From: Thelocarpon superellum
Taxonomy: Eukaryota
NCBI GenBank assembly: GCA_026025795.1
Contig: JAPEUG010000016.1
Coordinates: forward strand, 62,001 to 94,313
Length of the DNA stretch: 32,313 bases
Reading direction: 5' to 3'
Shown: piece by piece, positions 11,175 to 22,878 of the stretch
How the letters are laid out: every line of letters begins with the position of its first letter
Numbering within the stretch: the stretch's first letter is position 1
Made by a program: the position numbers and the translations under genes
The notes under the pieces: model-generated
The model's input: only the letters and a program-made list of their open reading frames with translations
The model's database searches: none
What the model was told of the DNA's origin: nothing

Positions 11175-12468
11175 GGTCCGGTGACTGGATGTCTGGAGTA
11201 GCCTACCCCCAATCCATCGTAGCTGGCGGAGATGGTGACATCGATAGTGGATGGGACACACAAGAATCGGGTGACAGCTCCGTACCTTCCTACCCGGGTC
11301 GAAGCCGTCACGTGCGGAGTCAAGATCTACTGGAGAAGGAAGATCAGCTTCATGAAAGGAATTGTATAGATACCTAGCGGTGACTTCGTCGTCCCGCATA
11401 TGGCAGTTCTGTGGGTCGAGTGTCTTGCGATTTGGTCCTGGCCCTGAGCAGTGCCTGGTTCGGTGGGTTTGTCGTCTTTGTGGGGAGGAGCAGGGGACGT
11501 CGGATCACGGATCACAAGCGCTCCCAGGCTTGACGAGCACGCTCCAGCGTGGGATCGGCACCCCTGTCCACGCTACACCAGGGTCGAGATTCCACTTCAT
11601 GGCTTCTACCAAGAGCAACAGCAATAGACCACCCCGCAAGCCTGATGTGCGTCACGTCACGTCGTTCGGAAAGGAGCGGTGGCCGGTAACATGCTCGGCC
11701 TGTAAGTCCTCTCTGTTGCCCGGCCAGGAATCGCATCCTTGGCCAACCGTGCAATGCGACCCATCGGACGGACGGCCGCAGCCCATGCACGGGTTGCTGT
11801 AAGATCCTGGGATCGTCACGCTGCACAAGGGCGTACTGGCCCGTCATGTTCATTTGAATCTCCTCCACGGGTTTACGACCGCGAGAGACATGAGCAGCTA
11901 CACGTAGAAGCGAGGCGTTTGGTGCGTAGGAGGCGATGGACTTGACCTCTAACTTTGGAGGTCAAGTCCAAAGAGGCCAAGGCCCGGGACTGGAAGACCT
12001 TGGTCTTGAAGCGACGGGAATCGGGGCTGGAAGGGTTCGCTCCCGTGTAAGTTGTGGGGCGCCCCCGCAGCGATTTCTGAGTTGCCTGCCCTAGTCGTGA
12101 AACATATGCCGTTCGTCCACGATCTTCTCGAGCATCCGGCCCATCCCTCGTCCACCTTCCCGGCCTGACCTTCCGGACATGCCCTTTGCCCTTCCCCATA
12201 GCCGTTCCCCGCCTTCACGGGCACTAAGGTATCGCCAGCCTGCTGCACCGTCCCAACTTTATTGGATCAATGTGGTAATAGAGCACGGAGTGCACCAAAT
12301 GCCGCCTCTGCACCGTACGATCCCCCCTCAGACCCTTACCGTGAGATGTTCCCATGTGAGGATCATCCCGGCGTAAGCTTCGCCATGGTGAGCCCACACG
12401 GCACCACCTCGGCCTTCACTGCCGACCCCATCCAGCCGGAGACGGTCGTCACGCGCGTCAGGTGCACC

Positions 12469-12474
12469 TATAAA
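12469..12474 (+). promoter_or_regulatory. Putative TATA box of the beta-galactosidase gene
   Basis: TATAAA about 85 nt upstream of ATG 12558 in otherwise GC-rich sequence. Confidence 0.5.
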
Positions 12475-12557
12475 GACCTCCACGATGCTCGCCCCCGGCG
12501 GTGCGCCCGGCGGAGCTCCTGGCTTGCCGTGTCCTGTCTTTCTGGCCACTGTTCACG

Positions 12558-15500
12558 ATGCGGTTCTCCACATTACTCACGGTCGCGGCATGGTTGAGCC
12601 TGGGCGTCGGAGCGGTTCCATCACGGGCCCGTGCCCTTCAGCCGAGGCAATCCTACAAGCACAATGCCCAGCAAGACATTGTTAGTCACCATCGCCGTTC
12701 CTCGGTCACTCATGGACCATCGCCTGACTCGTGCGTGGCGTAGGTGGAATGGGACAGCAACTCGCTCGTGGTCAAGGGCGAGCGGGTCCTAATCTTGAGT
12801 GGCGAATTCCATCCATTTAGGTACGTGCGTCCATGTGCACCCGGCCTCGTGGTCGCCATTGACTCGCTGTGTGCAGATTGCCCGTACCCGATCTATGGCT
12901 CGATATCTTTCAGAAGATCCGGTCGCTCAATTTTAACGCCGTCTCCTTCTACGTTGACTGGGCCTTGCTCGAAGGAAAGCAAGGCGATTACACGGCCGAG
13001 GGCGTCTTTGACTTTCAACCTTTCTTTGAGGCCGCCAGTAAAGCGGGCATCTATCTGATTGCCGTACGTTTTCAGTGCCTCCATCTCCAGATTTCCCCGG
13101 TCACCGGGGCTGACACGAAACAGCGGCCAGGACCCTACATCAACGCCGAAGTGTCAGGTGGTGGATTCCCGGGATGGCTTCAACGCATCTCGGGCAAGTT
13201 GCGGACTCCGGCCCCAGATTATCTCAATGCCACCACTAAGTATGCCAATTGTTCCCCATTTGGTCGGAGGAAAAGCAAGTCGCTCATAAACTGGCGTCCA
13301 TCAGCTACATCAACAAGATCAGCGCCGCTATTGCCAAGGCGCAGATCACCAATGGTGGACCGGTCATCCTCCTGCAGCCGGAGAACGAATACACCGTGGG
13401 ATCGCCTGGCACCAAGTTTCCCGATGCGGAGTACTTCCAAGATGTGGAAAACCAGTATCGTGCTGCGGGTATCACCGTGCCTTTCATAAGCAACGATGCC
13501 GGCCCTGCAGGATATTTCACCCCTGGCTCGGGCGAAGGTGCTGTAGACATCTACGGTCACGATGCGTATCCCCTGGGATTTGATTGCTCTAATCCCACGA
13601 ATTGGCCCAACAACAACCTTCCCGGGAACTTCCACCAGCTGCACATGCAACAGAGTCCCGGCACGCCGTACAGTCTCGATGAGGTACGTGGTAGCCAGCC
13701 CGGGAATGGTTCACAGCTGACCTTGCCCAGTTCCAAGGCGGCTCTTTCGATCCCTGGGGCGGGGTTGGGCTCGACCAATGCGCCGCCTTCATCAACGAAG
13801 AATTTGAGCGGGTCTTCTACAAACAAGACTACAGTTTCGGCGTCAAGATCCTGAGTCTCTACATGATCTACGGTGGCACCAACTGGGGTAATCTGGGCCA
13901 CCCAGGCGGCTACACGTCCTACGACTATGGCGCGGTTATTGCCGAGAATCGACTCATTACGCGCGAGAAGTACAGCGAGCTCAAGCTACAAGGCACCTTC
14001 CTTCAGTCCTCACCGGCCTATCTTACCGCCGCGGTCTTGGACGCTACGACGGGCGTTTACACGGACACGTCTGACGTGACCATCACGCCACTACTCGACA
14101 CGAAGACGGGATTCTGGGTGATTCGTCATTCGGCCTACAACACTCTTGACTCGACCAGCTACACGCTTAAGCTCCCCACCAGCGCAGGCAACCTCACGAT
14201 TCCGCAGCTGAATGGGACTTTGTCTCTCAACGGACGTGATTCGAAGATCCACGTGACCGATTATGATCTTGCGGGGGTGAATTTGCTTTACTCTTCGGCC
14301 GAGATCTTCACGTGGAAGGCCTACGGCTCCAAGCGGGTCTTGGTTCTGTACGGTGGACCGAGAGAGCTCCACGAGGCGGCCATTGAGATCCCAAGCAAGG
14401 CTACGACGGAGGGCGAAGGTGTGACGGTGGTCCAGAAGAATGGCACGACCATCCTGAACTGGCAAACATCGAGCCAGCGACGCGTGGTGTCGTTCGGTTC
14501 CGACTTGGTCGTCTATCTGCTTGGTGCGTCTCCTCGGCGCGGAGAATCTTATCCTTCACCATCTAATCTCTTGCAGATCGAAACTCGGCTTACAACTACT
14601 GGGTGCTTGATATCCCCGGGGCGCCAGGTGCAAAGTCGTCCGTCATCGTCAAGGCCGGTTACCTCCTTCGGACTGCGTCTGTTGACGGCACGACGTTGCA
14701 TCTTACCGGGGACATCAACGCAACCACTACAGTCGAGGTCATAGGTGCACCGGATGGGGTAGACCAGGTTTCGTTCAATGGCCAGTCCATGCCGACACGG
14801 ACAGGCGAGAACAAGGTGCTCTTTGGAAACATCACCTACGAGGCGCCTGCGCTTGGCCTCCCGGACTTGAGTGCGTTGGATTGGACGTACGTTGACAGTT
14901 TACCGGAGCTTGGCGCGGACTACGATGACTCGGCCTGGATAACGGCGCGCAAGAACACGACGAATCTAAATGGACAGTCTCTCTCGACTCCCACGAGCTT
15001 GTTCGCGGGTGACTATGGGTTCAACTCGGGCTACCAAGTCTTCCGAGCTCATTTCGTTGCGACCGGGAACGAATCGACCTTCCAAGTCACCACCATCGGT
15101 GGCACCGCCTATGGTGCTTCCTTATGGTTGAACGGGGCTTTCCTTGGCTCCTTTGCGGGTGATAAGAATACCGACCGTACGTCGTCAACTGTGACGCTGC
15201 CGACCTTGAAGGCGGGCGCATCGGCCGTGATCACCGTCCTCGTCGATCACATGGGTCTTGACGAAGATTACGACGTCGGCGGAGACGACTTGAAGACCCC
15301 ACGGGGCATCCTCGACTATCAGCTCGCTGGCCATACAAACACTGATCTCACGTGGAAGCTGACAGGCAACCTGGGAGGGGAAGAGTACCAGGATCGCGCA
15401 CGTGGCCCACTCAACGAGGGTGGTCTGTATGCGGAACGACAGGGATGGCACCTACCCTCGCCGCCGACGGCCTCATTCAAAGCTGGAAAGCCAACGGATG

Positions 15501-15979
15501 GGATCTCGAACGCGGGTGTCGCTTTCTACACGTACGTCGGTGGACATGTACGAGACTGGCCATGACTGATAGCGCATAGGACGTCGTTTGATCTGAACAT
15601 CCCCCAAGGATACGATGTTCCTCTTTCGTTTGACTTCACCCCGACGACCACTAACGGTACCAATTACCGATGCCAGATCTACGTGAATGGATATCAATTC
15701 GGGAAATATGGTAAGGATGCCTCGACGGAACATGAATTACGACGACCGCTGACAAAGCATGCAGTCAACAACATCGGTCCACAGACCTCCTTCCCCGTCC
15801 CAGAGGGTATCCTCAACTACCACGGCAAGAACTACATTGCGCTCTCGCTCTGGGCGCTCGACGCAAGTGGCGCCAAGGTCTCGGTGGCACTCAAGGCCGG
15901 AACGGCACTTCAGGGCGGACTAGGACCGATCACGCTGTCGCCCATGCCCGCTTGGCAAAAGCGGGTGGGAGCTTATTAG
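12558..15979 (+). CDS. lacA: Secreted GH35 beta-galactosidase (LacA type), 991 aa; exons 12558-12680, 12744-12820, 12877-13063, 13124-13239, 13305-13683, 13731-14523, 14577-15531, 15580-15710, 15765-15979
   Basis: Signal peptide [53 protein letters not shown] (acid/base), [13 protein letters not shown] (nucleophile), [58 protein letters not shown]. Eight GT-AG introns; 2976 nt in frame. Confidence 0.96.
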
Positions 15980-17081
15980 TCGAGCGTTACATCTGTTGAG
16001 GATGATCTATGGAACGAGACGATGTATTTTGAGTCTGGTAATCTGGTGATGTGTCGACAATGTAAATTTTTAATTCTCTACTGAGCGTGAGGGCAACGGC
16101 ATCCATCTCTATGATTCTCATCTCGTGTTATATCAATGAGTATCTCGCTGAGGCTTCCGCTACATCGTGTCACCAGACAGTCGGCCAATGCTCGATTCAC
16201 ATGCCTGTTGCACACCAGAGCCAGTCAACGGGGCTAAGTGCGGCAGTTCTCGCCTTGAGCAGGCCGGGCGTGGGAGTGGCTCGGAGGCCGACTTCGAGTG
16301 GCGTCCCCTTGGCGCGTCGGATGGGCGCGAGATGTTGGCCCGCGTGGACCAACGTGCCCGCGTCCTGGTCTTTGTCTCGGCCTACTGTGGCAGCCATGAC
16401 GCAGCTCGGTCCCGATTGTGGCGTGGAGAATCGCGAACAAGGATGGAGCCGACAAGAGATGAAGACAGGCACGGACAGCTTCAATGACCAGCTACAGATT
16501 GTTCCAGAGGCGCCCAGGCGGGAAGCAACGCATCCAAAAGAGAAGCATTGGCATTGTTAGATGAAACGTCCTTCTTCGAGAGAACCTCTGGGTCGGGTGC
16601 TCGTGTGCCCCTGTCTGCCCGGGTTCGTGAAGGGCGCTCACCACGCAGTCGGGCTTAGGCGGACTTTGGCTGGCTCGGGCTTGGAAGACAAATGATCCAT
16701 CCGTGCTCGGGCGGCGATCCGGCACTTCGTTGCCCCGACGCATCATAGCGCCGGCTCATCGAAGGTCCGATGGAAGTGCGAGGATGAGTACGTGGACGTG
16801 GACGTGAAGAGATCAGGCGTCGATCTAGGTGATGAGAGGATCGGAGATAGCCATCGGACTTACGGACCTGTCCAATCATCCCGTGTAAGAGCGGGCTCAT
16901 TGAAGGTCTGACGACCAACCTCACGGGCTATCCTTGACCAGTATGAAGTCCCTTCACATTTGTCTGGTTGGAGGAGCCTTTTCGCAGCCAAAGACAACTC
17001 TCCTCTCCTCTCCTTGAAGAATACTCCTGCATCACTGCAGCATTGAAATCTTGCCCTTGCCCTTGCCCTTGTGCGTGGAAT

Positions 17082-18226
17082 ATGGCGCCAAAGTACGCGA
17101 AGGATATGCCAGCAGGCTTTACTAACCGCATCGAGCGGGTTGCTGTTGTCGGGGTAAGTTCCGCCGCGGCAACGTGCGCAAGCCATGTCCACGTCGTCTG
17201 CTCATTCACTTCCACCACACACATGTATACTACTGACACGTCACCCAGGCGAGCGGCCAAATGGGCGAGCACATGGCCAAAGCCCTCGTCAAGACTGGCA
17301 AGCACACCGTCACCGTCCTGACGCGCCACGGCGGCAAGAAGGAATTCCCGTCTGGCGTCAGGGCGGTCCCCGTTGACTACGATGACCCGTCGACCATCGT
17401 CGCTGCGCTGAAAGGCCAGCAATTCCTCGTCATCACCCTCGCCGTCACGGCTCCGCCAGACGTCCAGTCCAAGATCGTTCAGGCAGCCGCCGAGGCCGGG
17501 GTCCGGCACATCATGCCCAACATCTTCAGCCTGGACGACTCCGTCAAGGACCTGATGGAGGAAAATCCGCTAAGCACCGACCCCAAGAGCGTGCTCGCCG
17601 AGATCGAGGCTGCCGGGTGCTCCTGGACCTACATGATCTGCAGCCTGTGGTACGAGTACAGTCTTGCCATGGGCCCCATCTGGTTTGGCTTTGACTTTGC
17701 CCACAAGAAGCTCACGTTGTACGATGATGGCACGACCAAGGTCAATCTCACGACGTGGGAGCAGTGCGCGCGCGCCGTGGCTGCTCTGTTGAGCTTGAAG
17801 GAGCTGCCCGAGGACGGCGAAGACGAGAGCCCGACGGTGGGCACGTGGCGCAACAAGCCGCTTGTCATCTCCAGCTTCTTGATCAGTCAGAGGGACATGT
17901 TTGAGAGCTGGAAGCGCGTGTCTGGTGATACGGACTCCGACTGGACGATTGAATCGGAGCCCAGCAAGCAGCGCTTTCAGAAGGGCATGGAGGCGATGAA
18001 GAGTGCACAGGACCCCTTGTCTGCGCGCATGGGTGCGGCAATGGCCTCGTTTGTCCGCGTGTTTTACCCCAACGGTGGGGGGAATTACGAGAGCACGCGT
18101 GGGTTGGACAATGCAAGGCTGGGACTGCCTCAGGAAGACCTCGATGAGCGCACGGCTGTCGCCAAGGAAATGGTGGAGCAAGGGTACGCGGCCAAGTTGC
18201 TTGCTAAATCCACCCTGAAGACTTGA
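17082..18226 (+). CDS. CipA-like NmrA/isoflavone-reductase-family NAD(P)-binding oxidoreductase, 349 aa; exons 17082-17153, 17249-18226
   Basis: N-terminus MAPKYAKDMPAGFTNRIERVAVVG|ASGQMG (GxxGxxG Rossmann motif), VDYDD..IVAALKGQQFLVITL, WYEYSL, TLYDDG...TTWEQCARAVA. Confidence 0.9.
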
Positions 18227-19174
18227 GACCGGCGGAACTGCTCCCGGCTCCTTCTTCGGCGATCAATGAAAGAAGCGGTTTACGCCGTGTTTGTCAGGCT
18301 TCAGCTGCTGTGAGCGACACGAGAGGATCACGCAAGTGTATCCTCATCTTTAGCAGACGTGAAGCGTAGCACGTGTCCTAGTCTCAAAACATGTAGAGCT
18401 CGATTCACCTGCTACCCACTGGGGACGCATGGCTGTGGTCGAGAACCGAAGGTCCTGTAAGGAAGCGAGAGTATGGAAGTGGTCGTATCCATTGATGACA
18501 TGGGCAACATCTTCGCACTGCCCAGCCAACCGATCGAGGACGAGGTGGACATTAACACAGTGGAGCAATGACTCCCCTTGTCTCCCTTGCACAGAAAGCA
18601 CCCTGTCGTTCCCATAGTGTACATACTGCGACAACAGGGCCCAATCCAACGGGGTCCCCACGTCATCCGCGTATCTCGGACGGTCTGCCGGAGTGCCCGT
18701 CTACTTTTCTGCCAGTGCATACTTCCGTCCGTTGGCTGGCACGATTCCGGGTGTGACGGGGCAGCGCAAGTCGGGATCAGCCGCGTCGGTTCTAGGTGCT
18801 TCTCGCTCGGTCGCGCCATCACACAATACCGGCCCGCGTGGTCTGTCGCCTGCATCGGGCCCCGCCGGCGCCGATTGGCCGACCGCGAAAAGTCTCCGAG
18901 AGCATTACTGTACACGCGCGGGCAACACCTCTAACCATCGAGCGTCGGAGACTTCTGTAGGAATAGGATAACGATAAGTGTACTGATATCCAGGTACTAT
19001 GGAAATGAGAGGACCATTTGGACGGGGAAAGCGAGCTCCGTCTTGCCACTCTTTGATCGCCACCTAGGCAATCGCGGTGTGGCTGTCCAGATCAAGGCCT
19101 TCTCCGCCTCCACTTCGCCCACTTCGTCATTCGTACGAGCGAGAATTTACCCCCATCCGCGGTGCACGCGATCC

Positions 19175-20007
19175 ATGAAACTCCCCCTTCCGCTTCGACT
19201 TACTTTTGCTCCTGAACACACCGTCGTCGGGTTCGTCAAGCGAAGCTGGCCAGGTGGTGCCCACAGACACGCCAGCACCAGTGAGATGACCAGCGGCGAT
19301 ATGGAAAAAGCTTCGAATGGTTCGACCACGGCCGCGGCGAGGACGACGGAAGAAAAGGATGAGAAGACAGACGTCCTGCCGAAGTTATCGCCCGCCGATT
19401 TCCAAATCTTCAATCGCTTAGCGGAGATGATGGAGGAATATGTGAGTACGAGTGACCGACCTTACCACATACTTGTCCTACGCCCCTCTCCCTACCCCCC
19501 AGCAACACAAAATGGTGATCAAACAGTCCCAGACTGACACAGACGAACCCTGCCTAGCACAACCGCTTCCGACGGACTTGGAACGAGCTGTATCATACCG
19601 CAAGCTCCGGAACGTCGCTACTCCCCGGCGCGCAGAAACAATACGTCACGCGCGGGCTGCAGTTCTGCTCCCATCTCAAAATGCACCACGACATCGAAGA
19701 AACGTACTTTTTCCCGGTGCTCGCGAAGAAGATGCCCGCCTTTCGGAAGGAGCTGGAGCTGCTCACGCAACACAAGGCCATTCATGCGGGCCTGCTGAAG
19801 CTGCAGGACTACCTGAGGCAGTCGGCGTCATCGTCGCGCGGAACGACGGCGGAGAAGGGGGATTTTAGCCTCGACAAGGTCAGGGAGATCATGCAATCGT
19901 TTGGGGCGGTGCTGTGGCAGCATCTGGACGAGGAGGTGAAGACGCTGGGGGCAGAGAATATGAGGCGCTTTTGGTCCAGGGAGGAGATGTTGGGTCTGCC
20001 TTTTTGA
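19175..20007 (+). CDS. Hemerythrin HHE cation-binding domain protein; exons 19175 (or 19286/19301)-19441, 19558-20007
   Basis: LPKLSPADFQIFNRLAEMMEEY|HNRFR, HLKMHHDIEETYFFPVLAKKMP, QHKAIH, LWQHLDEEVKTLGAENMRRFW: HxxxE metal-ligand motifs. Intron GTGAGT...ACTGAC...TAG. Start codon uncertain. Confidence 0.88.
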
Positions 20008-20437
20008 TGCGTCCATCGACCGCTCCTCTTCACTTTGTCGTCTTCGCTGGTCGAGCGCGGGTCCTTCTGCGCCGTCCGTCTCGGGTCTCCTACACGGGCG
20101 TCTGCGTCTCGCGAAGAAGGCGGAAGCGGGGATACCCGTCGTTCGTCTCATCACTGTGCTGACCAGCCTAGCGAATGCACAGACCCGCCAACATCATTGG
20201 TCGGGAACATCTCTTTATCGTGTTTCATTGCTCAGGGAAGGGTGAAGGATGAAAGCTATCAAATGGCTGAATCACGCAAGTCATGTGTCTCATCGTGATT
20301 GTCGTCATGAAACCCCTCGTCGGCAACCGGAATCTCGTGCTCAGTTGCGACTCGACCGTATCCCAGCATCATATCCCTGCCGCCATTTCACGTGGACTCC
20401 TTCGCAGCCTATCCTTTGCAGAATCAAGGTCGGCCGC

Positions 20438-21398
20438 CTACTTTCCGCCCAGTCCACGACGTCCCGCAGCTGTTCTCAGTGGCCCTTTGTTGGCGTCCAG
20501 GATCGGATTGATCCATTCCGCCCCAACGGAACCATTCGCGAGCTTGCCATCCTTCTTGAGGAACGTGGTCGCGCCGAGACCGATGGGTTCGTGGTTGACG
20601 TAGATGTTCTCCCACTGTCCCTTGTCGGCCTCGTACACCTCGTGCCAAAAGGCAATATGCGGATACGTCTTGGCGTTCTTGACCCACCAGTCCACCGCCA
20701 TGCGATGCGTGGCCGTCGTCGCGTAGTCGTGCACGTCGTCCATGCTGCGCCAGTAGCTGATGAAGAGGAGCTCGCCGGCCGCGTTGCCATCCTTGCGGCT
20801 GTACACCGTCTGACCGAGGACTACACGGCCGTCAGTCAATTCGCCGAAGACGCTCTGGCACCATATACGTACAGCCGCTGTCTTGATTCTGGCCAGGTTG
20901 AAGCTCGGCAGTCATGAGTTCCACCACCGTGTCCACCGTGCTGAAGCCCGGCGCGAACATGCCCAGCGGGTGGTTCGTCTTGGCCCCGAGCAAGAAGACG
21001 GCAATCTTTTCTTGCCCGGCCTTGACCAATTCGCCCTTCTCGTTGTACACCTGCGCATTGGACTTGCCCGGAAAGGAGCCACGCATGTAGAAGTTCGACC
21101 GGATCCCCGTCGTCAAGAGCAGCGTGTCGAGGAAACGCAAGGCGAGCAGGATCGCCGCCGGCGTCAACGCATACATGGGAGGAAGGAGAAGCACCAAGGT
21201 GGCTTGGAGACAGGCCCCGATGAGCAGCCAGGTGGAGAAGCTCACATTGAGCTCGAGGAGCTACCATGCGTTAGCCGGCCATCCCACCGCGTGGCTGGAG
21301 AGGTCAAATACCATGATCAATTTGCTCATCTTAGCCATCAGCGTGGCGGGAGCCACCGGCCGGGTGGCCGACGACGGAATGAGATTCTCATAAGCCAT
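20438..21398 (-). CDS. DUF4188 / Af470-like putative monooxygenase with N-terminal membrane segments, 285 aa; exons 21398-21312, 21260-20873, 20820-20438
   Basis: SFSTWLLIGACLQ, VFLLGAKTNHPLGMFAPGF, G|FLGQT, ISYWRSMDDVHDYA...HRMAVDWW, HIAFWHEVY...GQWENIYVN..PIGLG; two canonical introns, 858 nt in frame. Confidence 0.85.
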
Positions 21399-22878
21399 GG
21401 TCAAGGAGCACGCGGAAGTTGATCTGTGGGGTGGCAAGCGTGGACGAACAAGAGCAAACAGAGGGCATGGACAGAGAAGATGTATCCTCGACGCGATAAC
21501 ACTTCCGTGCGGGGCCCGACAGACAGTGAATCTCGATCCGCACGTCCAACACGTCCAGGGGCTGAGCCATTTGTTTCTCTGCACGGAGCTTGAGCTTACA
21601 GGCGGCCCGTGTCGACGACCCGCCTGAGCCTGCGCGAAAGTGCATCCCACCCTGTCCAGCGTCACCAGCTCCCTTTGTTCATGACCCCAGGCTATATCGC
21701 CCGTTATTTCCAGATGCTTGGTATCGCTGCAAAACACCCTTTGTCCCGCGCGCTAATGTTGGTGGACTCCCAGATTCACGGTCTCTGCAGGGTGTTGATT
21801 GGACCGACAATGAAGCTTTTGGTCGATCAGCGGAAGATTCTAGCGGGGCGTCGTTAGGCTCCGCATACGGAATGGGAGGGCCCCGCATGCCTGACGCGGA
21901 GGATAGGGGACGCCGCCAGCGGCGCCCAGGGACGCTTGTCCCCCCTTCCCTATCCGGCCCGCCTAGAACAGGCGGCGGAAGGCGGGTCGCTAGCCACGAT
22001 CCGTGCCTCTCACCCGCGTCCACCTTACCTTAGTCTGGGCAAATCCTAGGAAGTGGCAGATACAAAATACGGAGTTACGGCGGACAGTGTCCGAGAACCC
22101 AGAGCGAGTGCGGCGGTGAGCTGTACGGCTGACGGCCCTTCCAGCCAAGTCCCCGTACTCCTATACCGTAATCATCTGGCCCGAACACCCGCCAGCCCGC
22201 CGTCGAGCTCTAACTAAGAGCTCGACGAACTCGCGCGAGCTGTACGGTAGTAAGCGGCGCACGCAATGGAATCTCTTGTAGACTGGCCGACCCAGCCAAG
22301 CCCAGGCCACAGGTGACGAGGACGTCGCATTGCCGGCACAAGCCCCTGCAGCACACCGAAGCCAGCAAAGTGTGTGACTTGGCTTGGCGACGCAGTTACG
22401 ACAATTCCATTCCATCACCATTGCCAGCATTTCTGGGTCCGAACCTACTTGCGATGCAACTCTGCGTGAGGCCCGGATTTCACCAATCTTATCATTCGAC
22501 ACATTGGGTTGCGGAATCGGCTCCCTGCCCAATCGCTACATGTTGATACTATTGCAAGCCAGGTATGATTCCGTCGCTCGACAGGGTTCGTCCAAGCCAT
22601 GATCACCCAACCCGCAGGCTGACCCGGGTTCCACGTGACCCTGACATGCCGATAGCTAGCGACGGCATCGTACCTCAGCTACACAGGTCAGTCGTATGCG
22701 CTTGTTTCTAGAGCAGAAGGCCAAGAGCCTGACAGTCCATCTCCTGTATAAGTAGCTGCGCAGCCCTGTGCACCGAATCGATTCTGTTTCGATCCAACGC
22801 TGCGTGATTTCGGTGGATTGCCAGGGATCTGTCATTCACGCCCGCCGTCTCATCCCAGGTCGTAGTGCTCGTACCACG

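Noticed and set aside
11400..12460. CreA-type SYGGRG sites upstream of lacA
   Set aside because: Several matches exist, but this degenerate hexamer is expected by chance at this GC content.
9462..15979. MFS transporter next to beta-galactosidase as a lactose-utilisation pair
   Set aside because: The MFS is not a sugar-porter/LacY-type lactose permease and is disabled; the enzyme is a secreted GH35, not the intracellular GH2 found in permease pairs.
19442..19557. Stwintron or intronic snoRNA in the longer introns (also 1792-1903, 17154-17248, 31960-32051)
   Set aside because: No internal intron whose removal rebuilds a donor, and no convincing C/D or H/ACA box arrangement.
22768..22878. GTG-initiated N-terminal extensions from the ORF track (SDR; likewise 27970-28041 for PKC1)
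   Set aside because: The track uses bacterial-type starts; family homology begins at good-context ATGs at 22879 and 28042.
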